Below, piece by piece: positions 47,757 through 52,257 of a stretch of DNA of 52,257 bases; positions within the stretch are counted from its first letter, which is position 1, and each line of letters begins with the position of its first letter. The stretch is from contig JBDOIF010000050.1 of the NCBI GenBank assembly GCA_041082215.1, forward strand, positions 1 through 52,257, given 5' to 3'. The notes under the pieces were generated by a model. The model worked only from the letters and a program-made list of their open reading frames with translations. It was not told where the DNA came from and ran no database searches. Made by a program: the position numbers and the translations under genes. The DNA comes from Anaerolineae bacterium. GTDB lineage: Bacteria; Chloroflexota; Anaerolineae; B4-G1; DUEL01.

Positions 47757-49211
47757 ATGATCACACCAGCAACCCTTCTCACCCCGGAGCAGGTCGAGCG
47801 GGTCCACGAGGCCTCGCTGGAGGTACTGGAGAATGTGGGCCTCCTGGTGCGGAATGAAAAGGCCCGGGAGCGCTTTGCCCGGCACGGCTGCCGGGTGGAC
47901 GCCGGGACACAGATCGTGAGGTTCCCGCGGTCGGTGGTAGAGGAAGCCCTGACCGCCCTCCCCTCCACCTTCACCTTCTACGCCCGCGATCCCCAATACG
48001 ACCGCACCCTCCCCGACGACGGCCCGGTCATCGTCACCGGCAGCTCTGCCCCCAACATCATTGATCCGCTCACCCGGGAGGAGCGGCGGGCCCGCTCCGA
48101 CGACATCGCCCGCATCGCCCACCTGATCAACGCCCTCTCCGGCTATGACGTCTTCTCCATCTCCACTCTGGCAGAGGACGCCCCGCCCGGTCAGTTCAGC
48201 CTGGCCCGTTTCTACCCTGCCCTCAAGAACTGCGCCAAGCCGATCCGGGGCAATACGCCCAACCCGGAGGAGGCGGAAAAGGTCCTTCGCCTGGCTGCCC
48301 TCGCCGCCGGAAGCGAGGCCGCCTTCCGGGAGCGCCCCTTCATCACCTTCCACTGCTGTCCCGTCGTCTCCCCCCTCACAATGGACCACGACTCCACCGA
48401 GATTTTCATGTTCTTCCTCGACCAGGGACTGCCGGTCTACCCCAGTATCGTCCCCAACGGCGGCGTCTCCGCCCCCTTTACCCTGACCGGCACCCTGGTG
48501 CAGTGTAACGCCGAGTTTCTGGCCACGGTGGTGCTGGCCCAGATCTCCCGCCCCGGAGCGCCCCTCATCTACAGCACCCTGCCCACGATGACCGACCTTC
48601 GCACCGGAGCCTACACCCCCGGCGCTATCGAGACCGGCATCCTCCTTATGGGCTGTGCCCAGATGGCCAGGTTCTACAACCTCCCCTGCGGCGGCTACAT
48701 CGGCCTGACCAACGCCAAGGTCAACGACGCTCAGTCCGGCTACGAGACCGGGATGTCCACCGTAGCGGGAGTGCTGGCGGGCGCGGATATGCTGAACATG
48801 GGGGGGCTGCTGGACGCATTGATGGCCTTCGACTTCGCCAAGGCGGTGATTGACCACGAGATCGGGTTGATGCTGAAACAGCTCAAACGGGGCCTCGATT
48901 TTTCGGAAGAGAACCTGGCACTGGAGGTGATCGCGCAGGCGGGGCCGGGCGGCACTTTCCTTGACAAGCCCCATACGCTAAAATATATGCGGACCACCGC
49001 GTTGCTGCCGCAGATTGCCGACCGGACCCCCCGAATGCGGTGGAAGGAGGAAGGAGCGCTGGACGCCCATGCTCGGGCGATGCGGAAAGCCCGGGAGATC
49101 CTCACCCGCCCCAACCCGGCCGTCCTCCCTCCCGAGGCGGATGCCCGCATCCGCGCCGAGTTCCCGGACCTGGTAGCAGGGGATTCCATCCCCCCCACCG
49201 ACTGGTCCTGA
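47757..49211 (+). CDS. Trimethylamine methyltransferase (MttB) superfamily protein, non-pyrrolysine
   Basis: VERVHEASLEVLENVG, VSPL, GTLVQCNAEFL, DAQSGYE and GPGGTFL motifs. No in-frame TAG. Confidence 0.92.
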   Translation: MITPATLLTPEQVERVHEASLEVLENVGLLVRNEKARERFARHGCRVDAGTQIVRFPRSVVEEALTALPSTFTFYARDPQYDRTLPDDGPVIVTGSSAPNIIDPLTREERRARSDDIARIAHLINALSGYDVFSISTLAEDAPPGQFSLARFYPALKNCAKPIRGNTPNPEEAEKVLRLAALAAGSEAAFRERPFITFHCCPVVSPLTMDHDSTEIFMFFLDQGLPVYPSIVPNGGVSAPFTLTGTLVQCNAEFLATVVLAQISRPGAPLIYSTLPTMTDLRTGAYTPGAIETGILLMGCAQMARFYNLPCGGYIGLTNAKVNDAQSGYETGMSTVAGVLAGADMLNMGGLLDALMAFDFAKAVIDHEIGLMLKQLKRGLDFSEENLALEVIAQAGPGGTFLDKPHTLKYMRTTALLPQIADRTPRMRWKEEGALDAHARAMRKAREILTRPNPAVLPPEADARIRAEFPDLVAGDSIPPTDWS

Positions 49212-49265
49212 ACCAGCCTTACGTCCTGTATCCTGCCTCTTTAAACTCTAAAGAAGGGAGCACAG

Positions 49266-50207
49266 ATGACCAGACTGTTCTTCGCCACCGACGTCCATGG
49301 CTCGGAGATCTGCTGGAAGAAATTCATCAACGCCGGCCGGTTCTACGGAGTGGATATCCTCGTCCTGGGCGGAGACATGACCGGCAAGGCGGTCGTGCCC
49401 ATCGTCGCCCAGGGCGGGGGAAAATACAAAGTGAGCCTGCTGGAGCAGGAGAGCATCCTGGAGGGAGAGGAAGAGGTCCAGGAGATGGTCCGGATCATCC
49501 GTAACAAGGGATATTACCCCTATGTGACCGATCCGGACGAGGTGGCTCAGATCAACGCCACACCGGGCCGCTCCGACGAGCTGTTTGTCTCTCAGGTGAT
49601 CGAGACCGCACAACGGTGGATGGCCTATGCCGACGAGAAACTGGAGGGAACGGGCATCCGCTGCTACGTCTGCCCCGGCAATGACGACATGTTCGAGCTG
49701 GACAGGGTGGTCGCTGCCTCGAAACACGTGGAACTGGCCGAAGGGCGGGTGGTCCGGCTGGACAACGGCCTGGAGATGATCAGCAGCGGATGGACCAACC
49801 CGACGCCCTGGAAGACGTTCCGCGAAGAGAGCGAGGAGGCCCTCCGGGAACGGATCGAGGCCATGGTCAGAAAGCTCCAGGATGTCCGCAACGCTATCTT
49901 CAACCTGCATGCTCCGCCGTTCGGCTGCGGGCTGGATGAGGCGCCGGAGCTGACGGACGACCTGCGCCCGGCCTACGCCGGCCGCTCGCTGGTCTCCGTG
50001 GGCAGCCGGGCGGTGCTGGAACTGGTGGAGGAATACCAGCCCCTGCTCGGCCTCTTCGGCCACATCCACGAGGCAAAGGGGGTTCGGAAGATCGGGCGGA
50101 CCCTCTGCATGAATCCCGGCAGCATGTACGAGCAGGGGATGCTGCCGGGAGCGATCATCGAGCTGAAGCGGAATAAGGTGAAAAACTACCTGCTCACGAC
50201 CGGTTAA
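49266..50207 (+). CDS. Calcineurin-like metallophosphoesterase (Icc-related)
   Basis: TDVHGS, GGDMTG, PGNDD, HAPP, GHIHE and NPGS motifs. Confidence 0.92.
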   Translation: MTRLFFATDVHGSEICWKKFINAGRFYGVDILVLGGDMTGKAVVPIVAQGGGKYKVSLLEQESILEGEEEVQEMVRIIRNKGYYPYVTDPDEVAQINATPGRSDELFVSQVIETAQRWMAYADEKLEGTGIRCYVCPGNDDMFELDRVVAASKHVELAEGRVVRLDNGLEMISSGWTNPTPWKTFREESEEALRERIEAMVRKLQDVRNAIFNLHAPPFGCGLDEAPELTDDLRPAYAGRSLVSVGSRAVLELVEEYQPLLGLFGHIHEAKGVRKIGRTLCMNPGSMYEQGMLPGAIIELKRNKVKNYLLTTG

Positions 50208-50338
50208 CACACGAATGACGTGAATGGAACGAGAGGAGGTGATGCGCGGGGAGGAAGCTCAAGGGGGAGTCTACCGTTTGGCTGTGGGCCTTCTCTTTAT
50301 CCCGGTCCGTTCACCAATCAGCCAGAAAGGAGTTTCCC

Positions 50339-52189
50339 ATGAGCGAAGTGTCGTTGTTCGTGCGTAAGGCAAGCGGCCTGGTGAGAGCCTGGTCCGTCTT
50401 CGACGCGTTCATCTACGCCACCTTTTCCATCAACCTTATCACCCTCGGCCTCTACATCTTCTCCTACTGCTATTACTTCAACGGCCATCTGGCATCGGCA
50501 GTGGTGATCAGCGCCATCTTCACCATTTTCGAGGTGATCGTCTATGCCAGCCTGATCTCGATCATGCCCCGCGCCGGCGGCGACTACGTGTGGCAGAGCC
50601 GCATTCTTGGCCGGGGGTTGGGGTTCGTCCTCAGCGTCACCGGCTGGTGGTTCATCCTCTGGCTCTGGGTGCCGCTCTACGGCCAGATGCTCGCCTACGA
50701 GTTCTTCACCCCCATCCTGGCCATCGCCGGTGCAAAAGACGCTGCCCTGTGGTTCACCGGCACCCCGGACGGCCTTCTGGTCAGCTCCCTGGCGGTCTGT
50801 GTCATTGTCTCTATCTACATCGCCCTGGGCATGAAGTGGTACGCCCGCATCCAGAAGGCCTGCTTCTGGGGCGGCGCGGTGGGGCTTCTGCTGGTCTTCC
50901 TGCTGTTGCTCTTCGGCAACAACCAGCTCTTCATCCAGAACCTCAACGCTATGGTGCCCAGGATGTTCGGCACTGAGGCGATAGACCTCTACCAGGCCAC
51001 GCTGGAGGCGGGAGAGGCGGCGGGAACGGTGGCCGCCCCATGGGGGAACCTGGCGATCGGCGCCAGCCTGGCCCTTATCCCGATGGTCGTCTTCTTCAAC
51101 CTGTGGCCGAACTGGGGTTCCACCCTCTATGGCGAGGTGCGGGGGGCGAGCGACTTCAAGCGGAACTTCTGGGGCATGGCCTGGGCGATCATCGTCACCA
51201 CCGTGCTGGCGCTGATCTTCTTCGCCCTGATCACCAAGACCATCGGGTGGGATTTCTACCACAAGGCGAACGGGGCCTTCTGGAACTATACCTGGGGCTA
51301 CACCGACCAGGCTCCGCCGCTCCCCTTCTGGCCCTACCCCGCCCTCTTCGCTGCCTTCATCTCCCCCAGCCCGGCGCTCCAGTTCATCACCATCCTCCTG
51401 ATGAGCCTGTGGTGGTTCGGCTGGTCCGGCACGGTCTTCCTCAGCTCCACCCGGGTCATCTTCGCCGCCGCCTTCGACCGGATGCTGCCGGAGTGGGCCT
51501 CCGCCGTCGAACCGCGCACCCGCGCCCCTGTCAACGCGCTGCTATTGATGTCCATCCCCTCCGCCATCATCTCCGCCCTCTACGCCTACAACATCTTCGA
51601 CTTCCAGACGCTGGCGCTGGACGCCACGCTGGTCATCGCCGTGACCTTCCTGGGCTCCACGGTGGCGGGGATCATCCTGCCCTGGCGGAGGAGGGAGCTT
51701 TTTGAGGGTTCTCCCATCTCCAGGCTCAGGGTGCCGGCCTGGCTGAGCTGGATCGTGACGATCCTCTACGGCGCTGGAGCCATCTACCTGATCATCACCT
51801 CGATCCGGTATGGCATCGGCGCGTTGGGGATGGCCTCCGACGCGTTGAGCTGGGCTATGCTCATCATTACCTGGGCGCTCACCGTGATCAACGCTGTGAT
51901 GCTGATCTGGATCCTGTACTACGTGATCTCCAAGCTGCCATCCCAGGGCGCCCTGCCCCTCGTCACTGTGGCCGGGCTGATCTTCCTCTTCTTCCTGGAC
52001 TGGCTGCTGGTAGAGTGGGTGTGGGACCCGAATCTGCTCTACGGGATCGGGTGGACGAACAGCAGCTCGATGCTCTTTATGCTGGCCAACTACGTGCTGG
52101 CCGCAGTGATCTTCTACGGCTTCACCGCCTACCGCCGCAAGCAGGGCATTGATATTGACAAGGTGTACGCGGAGATCCCGGTAGAGTAG
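50339..52189 (+). CDS. APC superfamily amino acid/amine permease
   Basis: FVRKASGLVR, MPRAGGDYVW and TRVIFAAAFDRMLP motifs; many TM helices; C-terminal YAEIPVE. Confidence 0.92.
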   Translation: MSEVSLFVRKASGLVRAWSVFDAFIYATFSINLITLGLYIFSYCYYFNGHLASAVVISAIFTIFEVIVYASLISIMPRAGGDYVWQSRILGRGLGFVLSVTGWWFILWLWVPLYGQMLAYEFFTPILAIAGAKDAALWFTGTPDGLLVSSLAVCVIVSIYIALGMKWYARIQKACFWGGAVGLLLVFLLLLFGNNQLFIQNLNAMVPRMFGTEAIDLYQATLEAGEAAGTVAAPWGNLAIGASLALIPMVVFFNLWPNWGSTLYGEVRGASDFKRNFWGMAWAIIVTTVLALIFFALITKTIGWDFYHKANGAFWNYTWGYTDQAPPLPFWPYPALFAAFISPSPALQFITILLMSLWWFGWSGTVFLSSTRVIFAAAFDRMLPEWASAVEPRTRAPVNALLLMSIPSAIISALYAYNIFDFQTLALDATLVIAVTFLGSTVAGIILPWRRRELFEGSPISRLRVPAWLSWIVTILYGAGAIYLIITSIRYGIGALGMASDALSWAMLIITWALTVINAVMLIWILYYVISKLPSQGALPLVTVAGLIFLFFLDWLLVEWVWDPNLLYGIGWTNSSSMLFMLANYVLAAVIFYGFTAYRRKQGIDIDKVYAEIPVE

Positions 52190-52257
52190 AGAACCCTCAC
52201 CCCTCCCCCTACCCCTTCCCTTCTCCCGCTGCGCGGGAGAGGGGAAGGGGTGCCCGC

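Noticed and set aside
47757..49211. Pyrrolysine-containing MttB
   Set aside because: No in-frame amber codon and no pyl genes in the window.

Overview
High-GC bacterial window. Gene style suggests Chloroflexota, probably Anaerolineae (inference). The left end (1-8229) is part of a type III-A CRISPR-Cas locus: cas10 with HD and GGDD motifs intact, csm2, csm3, and csm4 cut by the window edge. It is followed by a CARF (Csx14/NE0113-like)-LuxR HTH fusion, a divergently transcribed P-loop ATPase fused to two Csx3-like domains, and cas6. No CRISPR array, cas1 or cas2 is visible. The 215 bp upstream of cas10 holds a sigma70 promoter, two phased palindromes, a terminator-like hairpin in the leader, and an 18-bp motif that recurs at 43.3 kb. 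Together these suggest a cOA-responsive transcriptional circuit, the best candidate for an undescribed system here. The rest of the window contains: glycerate kinase; an 896-aa unknown membrane protein; a nucleoside/nucleobase uptake and catabolism cluster with an inserted HEPN-MNT pair; LCP, ruvA, ruvC, yebC and a sortase; a MurJ-methyltransferase fusion with an internal promoter; a PhnS2/T2/U2-like ABC transporter with PiT and DUF47; and a large divergent catabolic locus (nucleotidyltransferase, GcvT-family oxidoreductase, transaldolase, class II aldolase, aminotransferase, HAD phosphatases, DeoR, MttB, metallophosphoesterase, APC permease). Several families of short intergenic repeats recur throughout.
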